NCBI RefSeq assembly: GCF_001194135.2
Contig: NC_068982.1
Span: forward strand, 144,009,536 to 144,067,548
Source: Octopus bimaculoides
Lineage: Eukaryota
Direction of reading: 5' to 3'
DNA: 58,013 nucleotides
Notes under the pieces: model-generated
Told to the model about the DNA's origin: nothing
What the model saw: the letters and a program-made list of their open reading frames with translations, nothing else
Databases searched by the model: none
Made by a program: the position numbers and the translations under genes
In this document: in pieces, positions 12,529 through 24,967 of the stretch
Position numbering within the stretch: the first letter of the stretch is position 1
Layout of the letters: each line of letters opens with the position of its first letter

Positions 12529-14408
12529 NNNNNNNNNNNNNNNNNNNNNNNNNNNNNNNNNNNNNNNNNNNNNNNNNNNNNNNNNNNNNNNNNNNTATAA
12601 ACAACTTCTTAGTTTGGACTGTTTCATTATAGCCATTAAGTGATTTAAATTATTGATGTTTTACAAATTTAAATGTATAAGTTAATATTTTGATGTTTCG
12701 TAAAAAGATTTTCGTGATTTCCTTACTAGGTACCAGGATGTCTGTTTCCAATTCAGCTGGAATATCACCCCATACCAGTTGACACATTCGATAAACAGTC
12801 TTCCAAAATGGACTCAGCTCCATACCTTCGCGTTATGCAAACCATTGACCACAAGGTAGAATTGATATTATTTAGAAATTATTTTTGCTTCTCTTCTTTA
12901 CTTAATGTTCTGGTGGTATCAGACACTAAACACACATCAGAATTTAGAGAATTTAATTCATATCATTTCAAGCTCATATCAATCAAAACTGATTGTGTTT
13001 TCATGGGATTCCTCTTAGGTGGATCATTGTTTACATGGTGGATCTCCTTCTTTCTAATAAGTCATAGTCTTTGACTCATCATCAAAATGTATCTTCATTG
13101 TGTCTTTTCTATAAGTATTTCCATGATCATGATCAATGTTCAGATGAAGTTTCTTCTCTAAGACCTTTAAACATGTCACCTGCTTCTTTTCCCAGGTGCA
13201 TTGTTTCTCTGTTGAGCATAAGATCCTGTTAGTCATAGGTCCTTTTATCCTGATAGCTTTATTTTCTCAAACTGCCTCTCTGTAACTCATTCCCATCATC
13301 TTGTTCTAATAATCTTTACTCTGTATTCTGTGTTACAGTTTCCACATTCAGAGCGAGGGGATCTCTTAATCTTTCTCAGTGGCATGACTGAGATTATGAC
13401 TCTTGTTGATGTGGCTCAAGTTTATGCACAGCAAACTAAGTCTTGGATTATACTTCCTTTACACAGTTCACTTTCTATTGAACAACAAGACAAAGTAAGT
13501 CAGATGTTTTCATTTTCAGTTCAGCTCTGCTTTGTTTCTTTCCAATTTCTATCATTTACTAATCCAGCCTTTCTGTCTGTGACCATCCAGCATAGAGCAT
13601 AGTAAACTTGTTTCTAGCCTTTACCAATATAGAAAATTAGATGTAAAATAATTATGTTGATGAAAATTTGTGTATGTTTTTGTGATTGAATATGCATGTG
13701 TAACTGTATTGTTCATGGATGCAAGCATGGCTGAACGGTTTAAAAGTTCGCTTGGCAGTCATGAGGTTCCAGGTTCACTTCTACTATGTAATACCTTGGA
13801 CAAGTGTCTTTCACCACAGCCTCAGGATAGAAACCTGTTAGAGGGATTGTACATGTACAGGCTGTCCGGGCTAAATAGGACAGTTTGCATAAAAGGAAAA
13901 GAAAATGCAATATCCCATCCAGGAATTTTTTATAGCTGGATGCCCTTCCTGTCACCAACCCTCTCCAGTTTACCCATAGCCTGAAATGCTTTCACAAAAG
14001 ACTGGAAACAATGGACACCACTTGTATATCTTACCTACACATTTCAATATTAACTTCTTTGTTATATAATTTCAAAATTTAATGTTTTATTTCTTTCTTT
14101 TTTTTTACTCCAGGTTTTTGACATTGCTCCTGATGGTGTACGCAAATGCATTGTGTCCACTAACATATCTGAGACTTCTGTGACAATAGATGGTGTTCGG
14201 TTCATTATTGATTCAGGAAAAGTAAGGGATTTCTTTTTTTTTGTTGTTGTTATTTTTTGGTTTTGTAATGCTGGTATCACTGATGGTTGTGTGGGAAAAT
14301 TGAACTGCTGGTGATCCTGTAACAATTTTAGGATCTCTCTGAGAGTAGAAAAAACAACTTATACAGGTGGACAGATAAACAGGTGTGTGTTTGTGTGTGT
14401 GTGTGTGT

Positions 14409-14446
<38 letters not shown>

Positions 14447-16327
14447 GAGCTTGGTTCAATCTTTGGCTCACCAGCTACTGTCAAATCATCCAACCCATAC
14501 CAGCATGGAAGGTTGATGTTAAATGATGATGATGATTAAATAAAATATCCCCTATAGCAGTACTACTCAAAGTGGTGGTCCGCAGGTCGGTGCTGGTCTG
14601 CGAGCCATCAGCTGTTGGTACGCAGTGAGTTTCCAGAAAAGAAAGAAACATTATAAAATGCTTATGTAATATTGTATTATTTGTTTACAAAAAAATATAA
14701 AATAAAAAAAATTGTCAACTTTTATTATATTCATTATATATATTGTTTCCGGTATAAATTAATATTACTAAGAAATATTACCGGTCCCTGGCACATTGGA
14801 AAAAAAAACTGCCGGTACACTACAGCAGATAGTTAGAGAAACACTGCTTGATGGTATTGTATTCAAGTTGTACAGAGACACCCTTGTCAATCTCATCATG
14901 AGAAAAGCAATAAACCAGTGACTGGTTTATTGGCTGGAAATCTGCAACCAACCATGTTGTTGTTTATCAAATGTAATATAAATCAAATGTTTTCAAAATT
15001 ATATCACCTGTTGTCTATGTTTTAGGTGAAAGAAATGCATTATGACAACAAGTTTAAAATGAAACGGCTAAAGGAATTCTGGATTAGCCGTGCCAGTGCT
15101 GAGCAGAGGAAGGGAAGAGCAGGTCTGGTGCATGTTTATATTTGTGACATTGCCATTGTATATTTTTCATCAACTTTTCAATAATAATATCATTTCATTA
15201 TCATTTATCTTTCCATGTTAATATTTCAACAATTTATAGTCATTTTTTTTTTTTCAGTGTGAGAAATCTTTATCATTATTTTAGTTGTAGTTAAGGCGGT
15301 GAGCTTACAGAATCATTAGCACACCAGACAAAATACTTAGTGGCATTTCGTTCTGAGTTCTTTACGTTCTTAGTTAAAATTCTGCCAAGGTTGACTTTGC
15401 GTTTCATCCTTTCGGGGTCAATAAACTAAATACCACTGAAATGCTAGGGTTGGTGTAATCAACTAGCCTCATTCCCCTAAAAATTTCAGGCCTTGTGCCA
15501 ATTGTAGAAAGGATTATTTGAGTTGTTGTTTAGCCCCAGGTCAGTTCTGATCAAATACATAGTTTCAGGTCCAGTGCCACTGCATGGCACTTTGAGCAAC
15601 TTTTTCATTTATAGCTGCAGGTTGACCAAAGCCTGTGAATGGAATTTAATTGACAGAAACTATATGGAAGCTCATTCAAAGTCCTGAATGGTAGCCTCAA
15701 TCTTTAGCCCAGATTAACACCACCATCTGGCCTTTGAGTACTTTCGTTGAAGTCCATTCTGTTGTAAACATTCAGAATGGGGCTTTATAATCTTTTCCTA
15801 ACTATTCTTTAAAATTCTTTTAAATTGTCAACAGAAAGGAGAAAAGCCTAAATTATGGATGTTGTCTCCAAGTTAAACTCTTCACAAATTGTTAGAGGGA
15901 ATAGACAAAAGTAAATGACCAATGGCAATTTATAAAGGCAGAATATTGGCAGAATGCTTTACAGTGTTTGCTCCAAATTCCACCATGGTTAATGTTATCT
16001 GACGTTCTGTTTATAAACAAATAATCAGGCCAGGACAATTGATTGGTGGAATTTATCAAGTATTGAACAGTAGGGTGCCTCTGTTTTGGTTCTCATTAAC
16101 TCATCATTTTGTGTTGCCATATTTGTAGGTCGTACTGGACCAGGTATCTGTTACCGTTTGTATAGTGAAGCTGACTATGAAGCGCTGGAGAAGTATTCTA
16201 CACCTGAAATACTCCGAGTACCTTTAGACTCATTAGTATTACAAATGATCTCTTTGGGACTGCCTGATTGTCGAAGGTAAATTACAGCCATCACTGTTGT
16301 TGACATTTTCAGTTATATACCTATTCT

Positions 16328-16380
<53 letters not shown>

Positions 16381-16402
16381 GNNNNNNNNNNTTGTTGTTG
16401 TT

Positions 16403-16446
<44 letters not shown>

Positions 16447-17729
16447 TGCTGCTGTTGCTGCTGCTGTCGTCGTCATTGTTGTTGAGTATCATCATCATCA
16501 TCATCATTATTATTATTTATTGAAGGGCTTCAAAAAAAATTCCTTGGAGTATTTCTTCTTACTCTTTACATTGTGAGTTCAAATCCCACCAGTCAACTTT
16601 GCCTTTCTTCCTTCAAATTTAATAAAATATACTACCAATCAAGTACTAGAGTTGATGGTATGAACTAACTCCCTCCCCTCAAAATTGCTGACTTTGTTCC
16701 TAAATCAGAAACCATCATCATCATTTAATGTCCATGTTTTATGCTGGCAGGGGTTAGGTAGTTTGACAAGATCCAATGGGTCCAAGGACTGCATTATGCT
16801 CCAGTGTCTGCTTTGGCATGGTTTCTGTGGTTGAATGCCCTTTCTTAATGCCAATCACTTTTACAGTATGTACTGGATGCTTTTTTCATTCCAGCAGCAC
16901 TAGTGAGGTTACCATGCAGCTCATAAGATTACAAGCCCCAAGGGATGGAGGGGCTTTATGCTGGGAGATGAAGAGTTAGAATATGAGACGAGGGTGGGAA
17001 ACAGAGCTGCTTCTTGTTGTAGAGGAGCTACATGGTCACTCACATTTAGAAAAGAAGCTGAGACTGATAAGTAGGAGATGCAGAGAGATTAATGAGATAA
17101 ATATTGTTAATGAGGTGTCCAGGTGGATCCACAAGATATGAGGTGAGTAGAAGTGAATGGGGACAGGGAAAAGGTAGTAGATTAATAGAATGGGGAGCAC
17201 ATTGGACAACATGGCTTAAAGTATTTTGTTACAGCTTTTTTAGGTTTTGAGTCCAAATCCTGCCATGGTCAGTATGGCTTTTAATTTCTCCAGGGTCAAT
17301 TAAATAAAGTTGCTGTCAAGTACTAGGGTTGATTTTATGGACCATCCCACTCTTCCAGAAAAATCTGGTTGTACCTATATTCAAAAAATTATGGCTTGTT
17401 ATTGCAGTTATTTAATTCCAGGTCATCTCTAATTGAGCAGAGCTATAATTGAAAGTAGTCCAGACATGACCATCCTGTCTTTTTTGTATATCAGAGACTA
17501 CATCATCCTATGTGTCTGTTTTCTGGTTTCATACTTCTTAATATGCAGAAGCACGATATTCCATTCTCAAGCAGTATGATATTCTATTCTCAAGTAACTT
17601 GTATTTCCAGATTTCCTTTCATTGAACCTCCTGAGGGATCTTCCATTGAAAACTCACTCATATATCTACAGGAACAGGTAATTACAGATAAAAGTCATTT
17701 TTGTTTTTCATTTTGCATGCACACACGCA

Positions 17730-17766
<37 letters not shown>

Positions 17767-18377
17767 CCCATTGTCTTGTGCAATAGAGCTATACTGGAAC
17801 CATATGGTGGCAAAGCAAGCTTCTTAATCATACACCAACATCTATGCTAAGTCATTAATCACTTATTCACTTTCTTTAGTTATTTGCTTTTTTACTGTTC
17901 TTTCTTATCAGTTGTGATGTATAAATTTCTGCTAGACTGTCTTTAAACTTAGACTGAAACTAATATTGAATTATCAAATTCAGGTTTAACTCATTTCCAC
18001 TGTAATGTGTATCTGGACAGAACACTTAATTAGACTTGCCTTAGCTTACCTAGCTGTGAAGAGGACAGAGCATTTCTTCGGGCTGTGTAACTTGTGAAAG
18101 CATAATGCCCTGTCTAGAAGTTTATCTTTTATCCACATAGCTCCACTAATTCTGTATAACTGAGCATCATCAATGGAAACACCATTATCATTACACTTTT
18201 AAGATAATCTTGGATTAGGTATAAGCATGGTTGTGTGGTAAGGAGTTTGCTTCTCAACCACATGGTCCAGGTTCAGTCCCACTGCATGGCACCTCGGACA
18301 AGTGTCATCTACTATAGCCACAGGCTAACCAAAGCCTTATGAGTGGATTTGATGGTCAGAAACTGAAAGAAGCCCAT

Positions 18378-18421
<44 letters not shown>

Positions 18422-21400
18422 TCCACCACCACCACCACCACAACCACTTAACAACTGATGTTGGTGTGTTTACATCCTTGTAACTTAGCGGTTTGGCAAA
18501 AGAGACAAATAGAATAAGTACCAGGCTTTACCAAAAATAATAAATGCTGGGGTCAATTTGTTCGACTAAAATTCTTCAGGGTCGCACCCCAGCATGGCAG
18601 CAGTCTAATGACTGAAACAAGTAAAAGATAAATGATAAAAGATACTGTTTCAGTAACTTTTTATTCTCTTTGTTGTTTAACCCTAGGTTGGCTCTGATTG
18701 ACCAGACCTATAATTAAAAGCATTCCTGATATGACCATCCATGACAATGAAAACATTTTCAGATTTCTTTTTGATACTAGGGTGCAGTTTGAGAAAATTT
18801 TGTTGCTATCAATTGTAGATTAAGCAACTGCATAGGGGTCCCCTTGTTGGTTCATGATACACTTACAATATAATGTCATTGTTTTTAATGTCTTCATACA
18901 GGGAGCTTTAAAAGAAGATGAGAAATTGACACCAATTGGTGAGATGCTGTCTAAATTACCAGTGGATGTTGTGGTTGGCAAGATGTTGATAATGGGATCT
19001 TTATTTCATGTAGGTTTGTTTATTTTCTTTATTTTGTTTCCCTTATCTATACTATAAATTGCAGTGTTCTTGATTGATTGATTGATTGATTGAGTGTCGG
19101 CAGATTCACTCGAGAACGGTGTAGTGGAATCGCGTGAAATTCAGCACAGAGCAGCAGCATGGTCCGCTCATGTTCAGGAGATTTTTATTGCCCTCCAACC
19201 CCCATGGTTACCGAGATAATCGATTATTACTTTTTAAGATAGGAATATCCCATTCAAAGTGGGGAGGGGCGATTTTGTTGCCTTTCCCATGCGCGAAATT
19301 TTACGAAAAACCAGCACAATAAAGATTTTTTTTCCAAGTAATGTGGCTGGGTTTGTTTTTCNNNNNNNNNNNNNNNNNNNNNNNNNNNNNNNNNNNNNNN
19401 NNNNNNNNNNNNNNNNNNNNNNNNNNNNNNNNNNNNNNNNNNNNNNNNNNNNNNNNNNNNNNNNNNNNNNNNNNNNNNNNNNNNNNNNNNNNNNNNNNNN
19501 NNNNNNNNNNNNNNNNNNNNNNNNNNNNNNNNNNNNNNNNNNNNNNNNNNNNNNNNNNNNNNNNNNNNNNNNNNNNNNNNNNNNNNNNNNNNNNNNNNNN
19601 NNNNNNNNNNNNNNNNNNNNNNNNNNNNNNNNNNNNNNNNNNNNNNNNNNNNNNNNNCAACCGCACTACCATATATTTTTCTTTTAAGGCGAGGTTATAC
19701 CACAAATAAGCTTCCGTGACTACATGGGGCTATGGGTACACACGTGAAGTTAGTTTTACAATATCGACCCGCAAAATCCTTAGCATCGTATTGTTTTTGG
19801 GTTGTTCTTACTTTTTTTTGTTTTTGGAATTTTTATTTTTTTTTTATTTTTAGTTCTTTTTATTATTCAAAATATACATAGCAAATAGCCTTTAACCAAA
19901 TCCACCATACTGCCCGAGTGAAACCGGGAAAAACAGCTAGTACTAAATACAACAAACGACAAATGTTATTCCTATCTTCTTTCAACTATTGTGGTGAAAC
20001 AATTTAATACTGGTTTGTTTTTTTAATTAAGTTGTTGAGGTAAAATTGACATTGATTATTTGTCATTTCAGAGTAATTATTTTTGCTGTTCAGTGCCTCC
20101 ATTGCTGACCACATTTTTTTTTATTGCAAGCATTTGTGATATTTATGCTCAAACTGTCCCAAAACTCAGCACACTGCAAATATTTCAAAAACTTTGTTCA
20201 AAGAGAATTGATTTTTTTTTTCTGGGTTTTCTCATCTAAGCTTGTATTAACCAAAGATTTACACTCGCATGCACGTGCACACACACACTTTTTTCTTTTG
20301 TTTTACATCCATTTTTCCCTGCTCACATTTGTTGGGTGAATATGGTTGAAACACTGCTTTACAGCTGGATGCCCTTCCTGACATTAACTCTTACTTTCAA
20401 GTAAGGGATTTCGTATTTCACACTGCTTTGAAGCAGATGGTCAAAATCACTACCTGTTACCCTACCTCAACGAATTCCATGTGACACATGCAAGTGTGGA
20501 AATGTGTATCTCATAAAAATAGGTCTGTCTTCTTTAATGTCACACAAAGAGCAAACTTTCAGATCAAAAGGCTACTGACCAGAGATGTGAAGATCTACCA
20601 TTTAAAAAAATAATCAGTAGCATGCTGAACTAACTATCTGGCAGTATTTAGTTTTGTCTCTTTTGTGTTCTGATTCAAATACTTCTGGTGTTGGATTTAT
20701 TTTTTCTCCTGGGAGTCAATAAAGTAAGAATCAAAATTATAAAAAGATTTAAAAAGAAAATGTAAGCTACAAATCAATGTCTACACTTACACGTGTGGAA
20801 GATATTAAAATGAATTCTTTCTTTTTTTTTTCTTTTTAGATGATTGATCCTGTATTATCAATTGCTGCTGGACTTGGTGTGCAGACTCCCTTTGTTTCTA
20901 AAACTCGGACTGATGTTGAAATAGAAGTAGGTTTAGCAGACATTTGCAGTTATTTTATTATTAACATTTTCATTCTTATTGGATTAATAAAATAAGTACC
21001 AGTTGAGCACTGGAGTTGATGTAATTGACTTAACCAATTACCAAAACTTCAAGCCAGTACCAAAATTTCAAGCCAGTATCTACAGTAGCAGTAAGGTAGT
21101 AATCTAGCAGAATTGTTAGCATGCTGGGCAGAATGCTTAGTGTCATTTCATATGATTTACATTTTGAGTTCAAATTTTGCCTTTGCCTTTCATCCTTTCA
21201 GTGTCAATATAATCGACTTTCCCTCTTCCCTGAACTTGCTGGCCTTGTGCCAAAATTTGAAACCAGTATTTACAAGGCAGGTTGTATGTCAGACTATTTT
21301 CAGTGCTTAGTTGTGTTGCTCCAGATCAGCCCTGATTGAGTAAACTTATGATCAATGATATTCCAACCATGACCACTCAATGGTTATTGTAGTTATATGT

Positions 21401-24400
21401 CTTTGACCATAGGTTGACTCAAGACCCAGTGAATCCAAAACTGCATTATATCCAATGTGTTCTTTCCGACTGGCACCCATGCCAACGTCGTCTCCTTCAT
21501 TGGATACGAAACTCGGCTTGCAAAGACCTGTTGGGGCAAGCAAAAACGAAATCGTGATGGCACCTGTGCCCAGTGTCACCTTTCTGGCACTTGTGCCCGT
21601 GGCATGTGTAAGGACTTTCAAGCGAGATCATTGCCAGTGCTGCTGGACTGACTCCTGTTCAGGTGGCACATAAAATACACCATTTTGAGTGTGGCCGTTG
21701 CCAGTACAGCCTGACTGGCCTTCGTGCCAGTGGCACATAAAAACACCCACTACACTCTCAGAGTGGTTGGTGTTAGGAAGGGCATCCAGCTGTAGAAACT
21801 CTGCCAGATCAGATTGGGACCTGGTGCAGCCATCTGGCATGCCAGTCCTTAGTCAAACCGTCCAACCCATGCTAGCATGGAAAGTGGACGTTAAACAATG
21901 ATGATGATAGGATGTAATCTAACTGAGAGGTTACATTTTACCTCTAGCATTAGGAAAACTGCTGGCAAGTCACATAAGCAGTTATTTTTGTACTTTTATT
22001 ATATAAGAAAACATTAAGTTATTAAGTTATTGTTATTATACATGATAAAGGGTTAAACTAACTCTGAATAGATGCATTTATTTAACTTGGTCATGGCTTG
22101 AGCCAGTGAGGGAGCCACTATGTTGGTGTTCAAACTGGTAAAAATAGCAACCAAATTTTCTTCAAGTCACAGCTTCCTATCTTAAAATAAGAAGAATACA
22201 CTGGATAATCTATCCTTCTTATATGTCCTATATCTGAAAAAAAAGGATAGGTTGGTCAAAGTTGGGACATTTTTTATCATAAATTTGATCAGGGTCCATT
22301 ACTTCTCTTTCCATAATAAAAAGTAAACATCTTTTGATGATCAGCTGTATCATGTTTAAAGAAACATGAAATGAAAGTTTGCAATCATCATCATCATCAT
22401 CATCGTTTAACATCCGCTTTCCATGCTAGCATGGGTTGGACGATTTGACTGAGGACTGGCAAGCCAGGAGGCTGCACCAGGCTCCAATCTGATCTAGCAG
22501 AGTTTCTACAGCTGGATGCCCTTCCTAACGCCAACCAATCCGAGAGTGTAGTGGGTGCTTTTACTTGCCACCGGCACGAGGGCCAGTCACACGGTACTGG
22601 CAACGGCCACGCTCAAAATGGTGTTTTTTACGTGCCACCTATTTATTTATTTCTCTGGGTCATTATCACTATTATAAAAAACTATAGTAACTACAACCAG
22701 GAATTAAAACTACATTGCAGAGTTGGTTTACTCTGAGTTTACCTCCTACTTTTAAGAATTTTCTACAGTAATGTATTATAAAGTCGTCATCATCATTACC
22801 CTAACTGTCACTTTGTTATCCTCATTGATTTTTTTCTATTTTCATGCAGTATTTCATTAATATATAATATATTCTTGATGTAAATTCCTTTATAATTTTA
22901 ATTTTATTTTTATCCTTTATTCCTGAAAGGCTGCTCGCAAACATTTATTCTCCGACCATGGTGATCCCTTCACACTCCTGAATGCTTTCAATGAATGGAT
23001 CCAGGTATTGACTATTTCTTTAATGTAACATAACTTCGATATCTTTCTTAGAATAATTGAATTTATTAGGGAGACTCAGGAAGACATGAGATGAAGTACT
23101 GAAGGCTGATCTCAAAATGCTGAGCCTTACGAAAGAGATGACAGAGGACTGAGATATGTAGTGCATTGCTGTACTCAAGAAGACCCCACCACAGAATTGA
23201 TATCCTAAAACCGAGGTGCCATGTAAAAAGCATTAGTTTGGGTGTTGGTGTGTCATGTAAAAAGCACTGATGCTGGTGCCACATAAAAGGTACTGTTGAT
23301 GATGCCACATAAAAAGCACCCAGTATACTCTGTATAATGGTTGGCATTAAGGAGAGCATCCAGTCATAGAAACCAAATGCAAACAGACTGTGGGATCTGG
23401 TGTGGCCTTGGCATTGCCAGTCCCTGTCAATCCACCGAACCCATGCCAGCATGGAAAATGGACGTTAAATATTGATGGTGGTGGTGGTGGCGGCGGCGGT
23501 GGTGGTGGCAGGTGGTGTGGTGTGGTGTGGTGGCAGTGGCAGTGATGGCAAGCTGGCAAAATCATTGACTCATGAGACAAAATGCTGAGTAGCATTTCTT
23601 CTGGCTCTTTACATTCTGAACCCAAATCCCACTGAGGTCAACTTTGCCTTTCATCCCTTCAAAGTTGATAAAATAAAATACTAAGTCAAGTTCTAAGGTC
23701 AATGTATTCGACTTATCAGGTCAGTGTAATCAACTTACCTTTCCTTTCAAAATTGCTGGCTTTGAACCTTAGAGAACGTTGAAATATTTGTTACTTATAT
23801 GCCACAAAATCTGAGTAATTGGCCTTGTAAGTTATAAGACTCAAGAAAATATCTCTGCTTTCTTCTTTAAAACATTAACCTTGTCTCATATATTCAATCA
23901 CCATCTGGTGCACCAAACCTGTTCTGCAGCTGTTTAGCTCTTCCATGATTATTAGTTTGTTTGTTTTTTGTTTGTATTATTTGATTGTTGGTTATTTTCA
24001 TAGTAATTAGAATTACTTATACAGGGTGTCTACAAAGTCTGGGTACATGGGGATTAACACATACTTTAAGAAATAATAATTTCTTATATTTAATTGTTTA
24101 TGTTATGATTTTATTTACTCCATGTACCCACATGGGGATTAGCACATACTTTAAGAAATTATTATTTCTTATATTTAATTGTTTATGTTATGATTTTATT
24201 TACTCCATGTAGCCAGACTTTGTGGACACCCTGTAGAATAAAGTAACTGGCCTTGTAACCAACATTTCTTTTTAAAGACGTTGACTTAACAATGACAACC
24301 TTCCTTATAATGAAACCTCTAAATGGTCACTCAACCTGTTAGAAATAGCAGATGAATCTTCTGTCTTAAAAATAAAGGAAAGATGTGCAAGATAATATAG

Positions 24401-24928
24401 TCCTATATTCACTGTACCTGAAAATGAACAGAATGGTCATGGCTGGAAGTGCCTTTATAAGTTTGGTCAATCAGAGCTATCATGAGGTTCAACAAGAATA
24501 TTTTCTTTTAGTTTGTTCATGGAACCAGCATCTAGCAAACAAAAGCAAATAACTGCTAGTGGGATTGCAGATCAATATTTTATTGAAATTGTGGAGGAAG
24601 GGGAAAATAGGTTTCCTTTTGAAGAATCTAAATTTAAAATTTTGAACTAATAATATAAAATGCTTTACCCTCTACTTTAACTTTACTATCATATAGAAGT
24701 TTTCTTCCTTTAAGATATATTAATTTTTTTCCATCATTTTTTTTTTATCTTAATTTTTATTTTTATTTCATTTTTTGTTAAAATCTGATTAGGTGAAAGC
24801 CAAAGGAGAAGGAACAAAGAAATGGTCAAAGAGGAGAGGCCTTGAAGAACAACGATTCTATGAAATGATTAAGTTGAAAAATCAGTTCAGTAATCTACTG
24901 AAGGTTGATTATGTTGCATAACATGGTC

Positions 24929-24967
<39 letters not shown>

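Noticed and set aside
16297-16576. poly-Q / poly-D / poly-V / poly-L ORFs
   Set aside because: They are six-frame readings of an intronic compound trinucleotide microsatellite.
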